Positions 50,060 to 61,009 of a DNA stretch of 64,000 nt are shown here, piece after piece. The stretch is from Eledone cirrhosa. Taxonomy: Eukaryota. How positions within the stretch are numbered: the stretch's first letter is position 1; each line of letters opens with the position of its first letter. Location of the stretch: NCBI GenBank assembly GCA_964016885.1, contig OZ024742.1:18042001-18106000 (forward strand), in the 5' to 3' direction. The notes below the pieces were generated by a model. The model saw nothing but the letters and a program-made list of their open reading frames with translations. It had not been told where the DNA came from and searched no databases. The position numbers and the translations under genes were made by a program.

Positions 50060-50630
50060 AATGCTCCTCAGCATCATATACATTTTGAATATGATGGAAT
50101 TACCCTCTTCTCATTCGAAGGAGGTAAATAACTAGTCTGCGATGCTACATGCTGTAACACGTTCTCCGCCTTCAACTTTTGCCACAAATCCCAGTACCAT
50201 GGCCTGCGATGCAGAGGACAGGAAGACAAGCAAATACTGAGCTTGTCCAGCCACTTCCTCTTTGCACTGGTCACTGTCAAGACCTCATGCACCCTTGAAA
50301 CCCGTATAGCTGAGCTCCTCTGTAAAATCAGAACATCAGCAGCCATCTGAGGAAGGAACCCTGGGAGGTGTGGTTGCAGCCGGTGTCACTGGCCATTGTC
50401 TGCAGAAATACCTTTGCAGTTTTGTTCACAGGATGCAACTGAAACACCACCCCGACCTAAGCATAGAGCCTGTCACCCTCTCCCTTCCTCCCTCTCTTTC
50501 TTCCATAGACTAATAGTCCTTGCTCTTTCCCTTCTTATTCCTCTCATTTATGGCATTTATAGTCCTTTCCTTTACCTTCCTATAATCAGCCCTTTTTCAC
50601 CCCTTCCCCCTTTTTTTCATTATTTATATA
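50060..50630 (+). mobile_element. CRE-like LINE 3' fragment
   Basis: DGITLFSFEGGK*LVCDATCCNTF resembles the PDG.TL.P...G..L.WDAT..DT RLE motif; then PVSLAIVCRNTFAVL and a 3' UTR shared with 27400-27600. Confidence 0.6.
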
Positions 50631-50748
50631 ATTAATTATGAAAACTTAATGAATTATGTAAATTGGTACAGTATTTTGAAATGCAAACATTTTTGGTGAG
50701 AAAAAATAAATAAATGAACTTTGGTAAACCAAACTAAACGGAACATAC

Positions 50749-50910
50749 CTGCATGTGGACATTTGCCATCAATGGCATAAATAGTATTGTTGTGTTTAAA
50801 TAAAGCAATTGACTTCTCATTACAATTTACTAATGTTCCTTTCTTAATAGTTCCAAATTTTACTTTGCATATATGATGATGGTGTAATGATTGATTCCAA
50901 TCAGATAAGT
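50749..50910 (-). CDS. RFESD: RFESD-like internal exon
   Basis: KKGTLVNCNEKSIALFKHNNTIYAIDGKCPHAG (first Rieske motif CxH). AG at 50911-50912 and GT at 50747-50748; phase 1-1 joins the terminal exon. Confidence 0.88.
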
Positions 50911-51727
50911 CTGAAAAGAAAAATGATATCAAATTTTAAAGATATCCATATTGTTGTTAATATTTCTCTGGCATAGGTTGAAATTAAGAATGGTTATAAT
51001 GAAGAAGTAATTTGGAAAGGACTTTTAACAAATATTCACACTAGCAGTTAGAAAATAGGGAAGACCCAAGACGAATTGGAAAATAAAGTTAATTTCTTAT
51101 TTGTCAGTTGGTGGAGGTGGAGGGTAAATCTTTCATTTGTCTTCAAATTAAACAGCATGGTCATCAAGGATTGCTACATGCATTTCAAAATATAGTAATA
51201 ACTAAAATAATAATTGTTTCTACTTTAGGCACAAGGCCAGCAATTACCCAGTGCATTACTGCTACTTTATTTTATCGACCCCGTAAGGATGAAAGGCAAA
51301 GTCAACCTCGGCGGGATTTGAACTCAGATCGTAAAGGGACGTAATATGCTGGAAAGCATGGCGTCCGACCCTCTACCGATACTGCCAATCCACCACATAG
51401 ACACACTCACATTTTTAACATGAACACATGACCACTAATCTTGAGATACAGTCAGTTAGGTCAAGACCAACATTTGACTAGAGCTTATTTTATTGTCTCT
51501 AGGATTTGAACTCATAATGTATAAAAGATGCGGCACTATAACGCTATTAGCTGTCAGTTGAAGCAGCCGATGAAAGCAAACCATCGTTTATTTCCGTATT
51601 ACTACCACGCGTAAATGGAGTTACTTAAATGAAAATATAGGTGGCCCTTAAAAGGGCCAAATTAGAATATACCGCTGCGTTTTTACAGTTTTACTAGTTA
51701 CACATACACACACACATATATATACAC

Positions 51728-51805
51728 ACGGTGTCCCCTCCAAAATATATACACACTTTGATTACTTTGCTGTTTAAGTGTGTATACATTTTGGGGGACA
51801 CTGTC
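51728..51805. mobile_element. Tiny Tc1/mariner-like MITE
   Basis: GTGTCCCCTCCAAAATATATACACACTT pairs with AAGTGTGTATACATTTTGGGGGACAC; TA-rich flanks. Confidence 0.55.
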
Positions 51806-52177
51806 TTTGTATATATATATATATATATATATATATTGGGGGAAGGGAGAAATTTTTGGATGCTATACCTGACATAATAAAAAAAACCAAATACACCCCT
51901 AACATTTGTCGGAATATCAATCACGAGAGTAGATAAATAAATATATAAATACATAAATAAGAAATGATAGAAAAGGAAAAGAAAATCCCTACATTATGTA
52001 ATATTCCCAGTCACCCCTAAATTTTCCCTAAATTTCAAAACCGGGAGGGAAAAGTCCGAGGGTTAAAATCCCAAATGATGGTACCTCAAATACTAGTGTA
52101 TCCCTTCGCATTACAGTTTAAAGCAATACATAGTCTATCTTTTGCCATAAAAACGATAATGATAATCAATTCAATTA

Positions 52178-52235
<58 letters not shown>

Positions 52236-52266
52236 AGATCAAAAGATGGTTAAAGGAGTTCCATGT

Positions 52267-52335
52267 ATTTTATTATGCGCATTTCAAAAACAAACATCAT
52301 CATGCAATAATATTTGTGTTTTCATCAGATAAAAC
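52267..52335 (-). ncRNA. Minimal type I hammerhead ribozyme (family A, mirror copy)
   Basis: Reverse complement of 54817-54885. Confidence 0.78.
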
Positions 52336-53490
52336 AGGAGAACATGATATGAAGGCTAAAGAACACTTGTGGATAGTGCAGTTTTAAATCAACATATGAA
52401 AAGTGGTTTTAGATTGATGAGTGATATTGGGAAAAATATTTTATTAGAGAGTGGGGGGGGGGGTGAAAAAGGGGAGGAGATGAGAGGGAGAGATGGGTGA
52501 TAGAGAGAAAGAGATAGTTTTTATAACTGAGAGAAGATATATTGTTTTACATAGAGAGGTTGAAAACCGTTGGAAGATAATGTATAAATTAAAAGAATTT
52601 GAAAATTAACGAAGGGAAAGATATGTACGAGGAAAAAAAAATATTTTATTTAGGGAGGGGGGGGGTGAAAAAAGGGGGAGGAGATTAGAGTGAAGGTGGA
52701 GAGGGAGAGATGGGTGATAGAGAGAAAGAGATAGTTTTTATAACTGAGAAAAGATATATTGTTTTACATAGAGGGGTTGAGAACCGTTGGAAGATAATGT
52801 ATAAATTAAAAGAATTTGAAAATTAACGAAGGGAAAAATATTTACGAGGAAAGAGAGGGAGTTTATGTATGAAGATAGAGAGAAAAAAATAATAATTGTG
52901 GATGAATATTCTAACGTCAAAAAGGTGTATGTTGATAAGTATTGTGGCAATTTCAAAATTAACGAAGAGAAAAATTATTAAGGTTTGTGTGTAGAAGGAT
53001 TTGAGAAAAATAATGTGAAGTTAAAGTTTGTATATTGAAGGAATTGATAATATGTGCGAAGAAAGAGTTAATATGTATTAAGAATGAGTTCGTTGATGGG
53101 GAGAAAAAAATAATAAATTAAGGATGAAATTGAGATTAAAAAGTTTTATGATAGAGAGAAAAAATAATAATAATTGCGGATGAATATTCTAACGTCAAAA
53201 AAACAAATGTATATGTTATGAAGGATTTTACAAGGTGAAGATAGAAAGAGGGTAATGAGTAAACAAGTATTATAGAGTGTATAATGCCCTTTGAAGTAAG
53301 GTAGGAAGATGGGTATATTTTAAAGAGGTGTATGTATATGTGCCTTTGAGAAAAGATTCTAAATTGATAAAGAATTGAATATTAACTGTATACTTTGTGA
53401 AAAGTCCTATGGAATTTATGCAGGCAGATAGAAAACAAATCTGTACGTCTATTTATTATAGAATCTAGATTAGAGATAATGGTAAATTTT

Positions 53491-53766
53491 TCATCTTTCA
53501 AATACAAACTTAAAAGAACCAACACGGCTCTCTCAGAACTCATATGGTCCTTGAAAGACAAAAACATTAAATATACCATCTTTTGGAAGAAGGTTTCTTC
53601 TGCATCCTCATACTTGAACAGCTCTCTATCTAAAATCTGTAATCTCTGCCTAAATGAAAAATTTACCATTATCTCTAATCTAGATTCTATAATAAATAGA
53701 CGTACAGATTTGTTTTCTATCTGCCTGCATAAATTCCATAGGACTTTTCACAAAGTATACAGTTAA
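53491..53766 (+). pseudogene. C-terminal fragment of a Penelope-like element GIY-YIG endonuclease
   Basis: SFKYKLKRTNTALSELIWSLKDKNIKYTIFWK...CNLCLNEKFTII...INRRTDLFSICLH matches, from recall, the T.LS..IW.LK / C.LC..EK / N.R.E....C.H pattern of PLE endonuclease tails. Confidence 0.72.
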
Positions 53767-54816
53767 TATTCAATTCTTTATCAATTTAGAATCTTTTCTC
53801 AAAGGCACATATACATACACCTCTTTAAAATATACCCATCTTCCTACCTTACTTCAAAGGGCATTATACACTCTATAATACTTGTTTACTCATTACCCTC
53901 TTTCTATCTTCACCTTGTAAAATCCTTCATAACATATACATTTGTTTTTTTGACGTTAGAATATTCATCCGCAATTATTATTATTTTTTCTCTCTATCAT
54001 AAAACTTTTTAATCTCAATTTCATCCTTAATTTATTATTTTTTTCTCCCCATCAACGAACTCATTCTTAATACATATTAACTCTTTCTTCGCACATATTA
54101 TCAATTCCTTCAATATACAAACTTTAACTTCACATTATTTTTCTCAAATCCTTCTACACACAAACCTTAATAATTTTTCTCTTCGTTAATTTTGAAATTG
54201 CCACAATACTTATCAACATACACCTTTTTGACGTTAGAATATTCATCCACAATTATTATTTTTTTCTCTCTATCTTCATACATAAACTCCCTCTCTTTCC
54301 TCGTAAATATTTTTCCTTTCGTTAATTTTCAAATTCTTTTAATTTATACATTATCTTCCAACGGTTCTCAACCCCTCTATGTAAAACAATATATCTTTTC
54401 TCAGTTATAAAAACTATCTCTTTCTCTCTATCACCCATCTCTCCCTCTCCACCTTCACTCTAATCTCCTCCCCCTTTTTTCACCCCCCCCTCCCTAAATA
54501 AAATATTTTATTTTCCTCGTACATATCTTTCCCTTCGTTAATTTTCAAATTCTTTTAATTTATACATTACCTTCCAACGATTTTCAACCTCTCTATGTAA
54601 AACAATATATCTTCTCTCAGTTATAAAAACTATCTCTTTCTCTCTATCACCCATCTCTCCCTCTCATCTCCTCCCCTTTTTCATCCTTTCCACCACCCCC
54701 CTCTCTAATAAAATATTTTTCCCAATATCACTCATCAATCTAAAACCACTTTTCATATGTTGATTTAAAACTGCACTATCCACAAGTGTTCTTTAGCCTT
54801 CATATCATGTTCTCCT

Positions 54817-54885
54817 GTTTTATCTGATGAAAACACAAATATTATTGCATGATGATGTTTGTTTTTGAAATGCGCATAATAAAAT
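54817..54885 (+). ncRNA. Minimal type I hammerhead ribozyme (family A)
   Basis: GTTTTAT-CTGATGA (54824-54830)-15-bp stem II-GAAA (54867-54870)-T GCGC A-TA|ATAAAAT. Predicted cleavage after 54878. Confidence 0.8.
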
Positions 54886-55008
54886 ACATGGAACTCCTTT
54901 AACCATCTTTTGATCTTATATTATGTATACTCCAGTCCTACAAACTGTAGAGTGCTTCTTATCCGATATCTGCATTGCTTTATTGTACTACAATAAAACT
55001 CACCTCCT

Positions 55009-55082
<74 letters not shown>

Positions 55083-55254
55083 AGGTGCAATATTGGTTGT
55101 GTAAAATGGTCCAATAACTTTATGTTAGCAATATTAAGTTCTCCACGCTTTTGTATATCTCCAATCCCATTCGAGGGAACAGCTAGATGATGTAAAACGG
55201 AGTATAAGTATCAAAATGAAAATCCGAAGGCAAGGTAAAATTCCAATCATTTAA

Positions 55255-55328
55255 TCACGACACATGTTTCAATAAGAGATAGATCGATTGTTAAGCCACG
55301 ATCGATTATCACTGATCTCATCAGGTGA
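55255..55328 (-). ncRNA. Minimal type I hammerhead ribozyme (family B, mirror copy)
   Basis: Reverse complement of 56241-56314 with one substitution in distal stem II. Confidence 0.75.
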
Positions 55329-56240
55329 AAATGAATTGTCTTCAAATTCTTGATATGAGGGAGAAAAATAACGATGTTTCCTCACATAATTCATTCCCTC
55401 ATATGGAGACACACCAGTCAGTCAGAGATAAGACGACTGCTATTAGCTTAAATTGAGGTCATAAAAGTTTTCAGACTTCTATCGCTGCAAAAGACGCTGG
55501 ACATCGAACAAATCCGTAGGGATACAGTCAGTCACAGTTAGAAGTGAGTGGGTACACACACACTTCACACCCATTTTTTGTCTGATTCGGATGTGTATAT
55601 ACCATTTATCATAATACACACTTGAAGATATTGATGTTACAATTGGATCTATACACGTACAGCAGAACACTGAACTGAACTTACTTGCGCGCACGCGCTT
55701 GTGTCTGTGTGTATATGTGTGTAGCGTTGGTTAACCTAATATTTCCGATTTACATCGTCAAATTGAGATTTGACCGACATAATTTCTGTTGCTTTACGAA
55801 CTAACTTTTCGGTGATTGCTGTGTTGGTACATTCTTATATGTGCTTTTTCTCGAATATCGCTTCGGTGTGTGTTGGGGTGTGTGTGTACCCACCCACGCT
55901 AATTCTGCGGGTTTAATACTGTGTTGATGTGTGTATATATATGTATTTATTTTTATGTTTATTTTTCTTTTTCTTTGACTTCGAGCCGATGTATGCGGGT
56001 GTGGAGTGTGTGTGTACCCACTCACTTCTAACTGTGACTGACTGTATCCCTACGGATTTGTTCGATGTCCAGCGTCTTTTGCAGCGATAGAAGTCTGAAA
56101 ACTTGTATGACCTCAATTTAAGCTAATAGCAGTCGCCATGTCTCTGACTGACTGGTGTGTCTCCATATGAGGGAATGAATTATGAGAAGAAACATCGTTA
56201 TTTTTCTCCCTCATATCAAGAATTTGAAGACAATTCATTT

Positions 56241-56314
56241 TCACCTGATGAGATCAGTGATAATCGATCGTGGCTTCACAATCGATCTATCTCTTATTGA
56301 AACATGTGTCGTGA
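56241..56314 (+). ncRNA. Minimal type I hammerhead ribozyme (family B)
   Basis: TCAC-CTGATGA (56245-56251)-stem II (GAT..GATA.ATCGAT.GTG/CAC.ATCGAT.TATC..ATT)-GAAA (56299-56302)-C ATGT G-TC|GTGA. Stem I extends via CATTT/AAATG. Predicted GUC cleavage after 56310. Confidence 0.78.
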
Positions 56315-56391
56315 TTAAATGATTGGAATTTTACCTTGCCTTCGGATTTTCATTTATATATATTATTAGTATTATTATTAAAATTAAATAC

Positions 56392-56572
56392 CATTTATTC
56401 TGCGGCAGAGAGCTTCATCTTCTCCATCATTCGCTCCTCCAGAATCGTAGTACTCGTCGTTATTGTATGTGTGTGTTTCTGCGTATATATATATATATGT
56501 GTTTGTGTGTATATGTATATATGTTTGCGATCGCCACTCTCGCCCTTCGTGAGGAGAATGCTGTGTACGCAT
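56392..56572 (-). CDS. Candidate upstream exon of the RFESD-like gene (5' boundary uncertain)
   Basis: ...DEYYDSGGANDGEDEALCRRIN G|GTATTT gives a phase-1 donor compatible with the 50910 acceptor (G+AC = Asp). No homology support seen. Confidence 0.35.
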
Positions 56573-57052
56573 GTATATATATATATATATGTGTGTATGT
56601 GTGTGCTTGGAATATTTACCAATGGTTGGTATATCGATGAACCTCTGATAGGCTTATATAGAATTAATGGATCTCGTATCGGTTCCTTTCGTTCGATCAC
56701 CAAGAACTACCCACACATTTGAATTTATAATGTAAATGGTTAAATGTTTCACAAACACTTGTACTCCCTTACTTTAACATACCCCTCCCCCATATACACA
56801 TACTATGTGGGCACTCAGTTTGCTAGAAATAACAGCCAATTCTTTCCACCCACCTTAAAAAAAATATTAAGAAAGAACACGATGTCCGATAATGTGCTTA
56901 TTAGATACACCTAAAACGACGGGATGGTCGTGGCTGGAATACCGTTGATCATAATGGAATTCTGTGGTTTAGTCAAGGTTGACCTAGGGCTAAACAACAA
57001 CAATAACGTAATCCCCAAGCAGAATCTATAAACAGACTATTTAGAGGTAATA

Positions 57053-57199
57053 TCACGTGAACACAATCACGTGACAAATCACATTATTCTTTCAAAAGGA
57101 AAAGTTTGGCGCCATTTTTCTCCAGGGAATAGCGCAAATGTCAACAAATACAAGAGAAAAGAAGAAACAGTAAAAGCAAAAGATAAGAAAATGGTAAGT
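57053..57199. promoter_or_regulatory. Probable promoter / first exon region
   Basis: Two TCACGTGA E-boxes (57053-57060, 57067-57074), YY1-like GGCGCCATTTT (57108-57118), and ATG|GTAAGT consensus donor at 57191-57199 on +. Confidence 0.5.
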
Positions 57200-57214
57200 A
57201 ATATCAAATAATTA

Positions 57215-58365
57215 TTAAAAAGTGTTGACATTAAAAACGTTACAGGAGTAATCTTCCTCTTTTCTTTTAATTTCTAACCTCTAATCTGTACTTTTTCTTC
57301 CTAAATACTTCTCAATTCTTATTATTACTCACCACAACATATCCACTCTTCCATCTTTCTTCATATCATTGGCCATAAAAAATATTATTACCTTTTAAAT
57401 ACTTTATAGCATTACCTTTAAAAATCCTTCGTAAACATAAACATTTTTTGACGTTAGATTATTTCTCCTCAGTTCATTATATTTTTCTCCCTTTCATGCT
57501 CGTCTGACTTTTACATATTACATATCACAATACATAAAAACAAACTTAAACCCTAACTAATCTCCTTTATTACATTATATTATTACCATTAGAAAATACT
57601 TCATAAACATATATATTTTGATGTTAGAGTCTTCTCTTCCTTAAACACTATTTTCTTCTTTGCTTTCTGCGTTCATTTGTAAACAAACTATTTACATATA
57701 TTACGCATACATATTACATTACATAAAAACAAACTTAAACACTAACTAATTCCTCTAAATTCATAATTCATCCAGTCTTCTACTTCTTTTCACCGTATAT
57801 CCTTAATAACATTAATATTTTTATTTTAATAATACATATTAACAATTTCTTTTCATCGCACATATTATTAAACCCTTCAATATACAAACCTTAATTTAAT
57901 ATTATTCTTAATTTTTTTTTCTCTTCATCAACTTTTTATTTTCAAATTCTTTTAAATTATCTATTATCTTCCAACGGCTTTTTAACCCCTCTCTGTGAAA
58001 CAATATATATTTTTTCTCAGCTGTAAAGGCTATCTCTCTCTCTATCACCCATCTCTTCTCCTCTCTCATCCTTCCTTATTATACTCCTCCCCCCACCATT
58101 ATTTACTCTCATCTCCTCCTCTTTTTCACACTTTCCACCCCCCCCCCCTCACTTTTTTCCCAATATCACACATCAATCTTAAATTACTTTTCATATGTTG
58201 ATTTAAAACTTCACTATTCACAAGTGTTTTTTAACCTTCATATCATGTATCCCTATTTTGTCTGACGAAAACGCAAATGTCATCTCATGATGATATTTGT
58301 TTTTGAAATGCGCATAATAAAATACATGGAACTCTTTTAACCATCGTTTGATCTTATATTATATA
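57215..58365 (+). mobile_element. Diverged copy of the family A Penelope-like 3' region
   Basis: Aligns with the right arm of the 52.2-54.9 kb palindrome and ends identically in GATCTTATAT followed by (TA)n. The 5' boundary is approximate. Confidence 0.78.
58255..58323 (+). ncRNA. Minimal type I hammerhead ribozyme (family A, diverged copy)
   Basis: ATTTTGT-CTGACGA (58262-58268)-16-bp stem II-GAAA (58305-58308)-TGCGCA-TA|ATAAAAT. Confidence 0.8.
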
Positions 58366-58574
58366 TATATATATGTATGTAAAAAAATTTTTAGCAGCAA
58401 TTAAATGTATTAAACTAAGATTTTATTGTTTTATATTTTGTATCTCGGCTCTGTAATACATTTGAAATTTTAGATTGAGCCTTTTCTCCTACCGGTAACT
58501 GGCTAGTACTTAGTACTACCATCCATATTTATAATCATATATAAGTATAAATATTATTATTATTACTATGTATG

Positions 58575-58606
<32 letters not shown>

Positions 58607-58632
58607 TGTATGTATGTATGTATGTATGTATG

Positions 58633-58728
<96 letters not shown>

Positions 58729-59475
58729 TGTGTGTATAATAATAAAGAAGAAAGACGGTATCACTTGTTCATCCCTATTTATTTTATTATACTTATTTCG
58801 AAGACATATGTCATTTGTATAATATCTGCCCTACGTGTTTTCTTCCGACAAAAATCCATGCAAGATGTAAATATCCGTTGATATGAGATATTCGTTGATA
58901 TCCGTTGATATGAGAACACGTAGGGATGATGTTATACACATGAAATACGTATAATAAAATAATTAAGGATTGGCAAATGATACCGTCTTTCTTGTTTATT
59001 ATTATAACCCGCCGAGGTTAACTTTGCCTTTCATCCTTATGGGGTCGATAAAATAAAGTACCAGTAATACACTGGGTAATTGCTGGCCTTGTGCCAAAGT
59101 TGATATAATTATTATAATAAAACTCCGGATAAACAAACTGTTGAGTGTTTGTCATCTCTTATGAAAGAGTCGGCAGATTTTCAATCAACCAACTTTCCTT
59201 GGTTGAATAAATATATGTATGTATATATATATACGTATATTTTCTTTAATATTGCAACATTAAAGGAATATATCCTTCTGAAAGAATCGCGAGCAATTTA
59301 TAATGTTATTTAAGCATTGGTAATGTTATTTATGTATATATTTAAAACATATTTATTTATATGCTTTGTATATATTATATATACACAAATAATGAATCTG
59401 TATATTAAAACATCGTTTGTATTATTCAATCAGTTTATTGAACAACTAGAATGCTCATCGTCAAGTACTTTATAC

Positions 59476-59517
<42 letters not shown>

Positions 59518-59734
59518 ATGTATGTATGAATCTATATATATGTATATATATGTATGTACATCTATATATATGTGTGTGTGTGTATGTATATATATATGTA
59601 TGTATATATATGTGTGTATGCATATATGTGTGTATGCATATGTGTGGGTGTGTATGTATATATATATGTGTGTGTGTATGCATATATGTGTGTGTATGTA
59701 TATATATGTGTGTATGTATATATATGTATATATA

Positions 59735-60117
59735 TGTAGCGATGTGGTTAGTCAGTCTGGTCACTACTTCCGATCAGATCTGAGAATAGCCCTTAGAAGG
59801 ACGAAGCAAAGTGATATGTAAATTCGATCAGCTATTTATTTTCACATGAAGCGACAATACGAGGTACAAGGCGTGTGTGAGTGACACAGCGTGGCAGAGT
59901 AAAGGAACAACGATGCGCTAGCTGACTCTGCCAAAAGTCGACTGCTGAAGTGTTTGGAACCACTCTATTTATACAGAAATAATCGTTTGATGTTTAGCCG
60001 CTGTGTAGGGATTTATTCTGGTAGATTTTAAGGGTTCTTTTGTTTCACGTTGAGGTAGCTAGCTAACAGGTAGATGGCGCTGTATATTTCACAGATGTTA
60101 TTTCCGGTGGCTGTACA
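59735..60117 (-). mobile_element. 3' LTR of the Gypsy element (383 bp)
   Basis: TGTA...TACA termini. On the minus strand TATAAATAG is followed about 130 nt later by AATAAA. Inserted next to a TA/TG microsatellite. Confidence 0.75.
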
Positions 60118-61009
60118 TTATCACCCTGCCAGATCTTTTGTACAACAAAAGAGCGAAATATCGTATAGTAATGGGCCAGTGGTGCATTTGTCATGACAAT
60201 AGTCCCAGGATTGTCCAGCACGTTGTAAAATTTTGTGATCATCGAGTACAGGATAGAGTCGATGTACAGATGATATGGCAAGATGTGTGTGTCAGGAAGA
60301 GAAAAAAGAAATAAACTATAAAATGACTTTGACCAGATTTATGCAGGCGTGATGAATGAGCCTGTTGCAATTTGGATTGAGCTGCCTGTGAATTGCGTGA
60401 CAAAAAGTCTAACTAGGCAGTGAAGATAACCGTAATTGTGAACTGAATAGCCGTAAGCATGCTGTCTAAAAGTAACAGTTTGCTCCACAGCATATGACTT
60501 GAGCGAATGCATGTGGTAAAAAATAGCGAGGCATTCTCGAGCTATTGAGTGAATGTGTACGTGAAAAAAGAAGGCCAGTGTTTTGAGAATGCGATTTGTG
60601 AAATGCGTGATCAAAGAGAAAACATTTTGTAGTGTAAGAGTTAGAGGGACACAAATATCTATTGCTGCGTGTATGAACCAAAAGGTGAAACAAACGTGGT
60701 TTTGTAGTGTGCATGAAAAACAGAATATGTACACGCCTTGTATGTATATAAAAATTATGGCAATTACACAATCAATGTTACAGAACAAGAAAAATAAATT
60801 TTTTTGCAAAGCAAGAGAGAGAAGAAAAAAAAATGATATACACAATGTTTGTTCTTAAATAGAGTTTGTAATAAATAATTTTCATTATAAATAATGTTCT
60901 TCGTGACATGAGCACATGGTCACTAAAAATTGCAATTGTTCAAGCAGAAAGTTCATTGTATTTGAAACTGTAAATAGTAAACACAAGAAAAAAAGAAACT
61001 CACTTGAGG

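Larger units (their letters stand above)
52229..54923. mobile_element. Penelope-like retroelement 3' remnant with inverted duplication (arms 52229-53494 and 53654-54923, 159-bp spacer)
   Basis: The arms are near-identical reverse complements. The spacer plus right arm encode a GIY-YIG-type C-terminus. Hammerhead motifs lie near both outer ends and the left end abuts (TA)n. Confidence 0.85.
55214..56355. repeat. Inverted repeat (359-bp arms 55214-55572 and 55997-56355, 424-bp spacer), probable PLE pseudo-LTRs
   Basis: The arms are near-identical reverse complements, each with a hammerhead about 45 nt from the outer end. The right arm is followed by TATATATA. Confidence 0.88.

Noticed and set aside
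53382-53669. Minus-strand 95-aa ORF sharing ends with the plus-strand ORF, plus the twin 72-aa ORFs at 52738-52956 and 54192-54410
   Set aside because: These are mirror products of the palindrome, not separate genes.
58516-59821. Y/I/V/C/H/T-rich ORFs here and at 16.5-19.1 and 25.5 kb
   Set aside because: They are translations of (TA)n, (TG)n and (TATG)n microsatellites.
60339-60845. 168-aa ORF as a Gypsy env gene
   Set aside because: No signal peptide, furin site or fusion/TM layout recognisable; composition fits AT-rich non-coding DNA.
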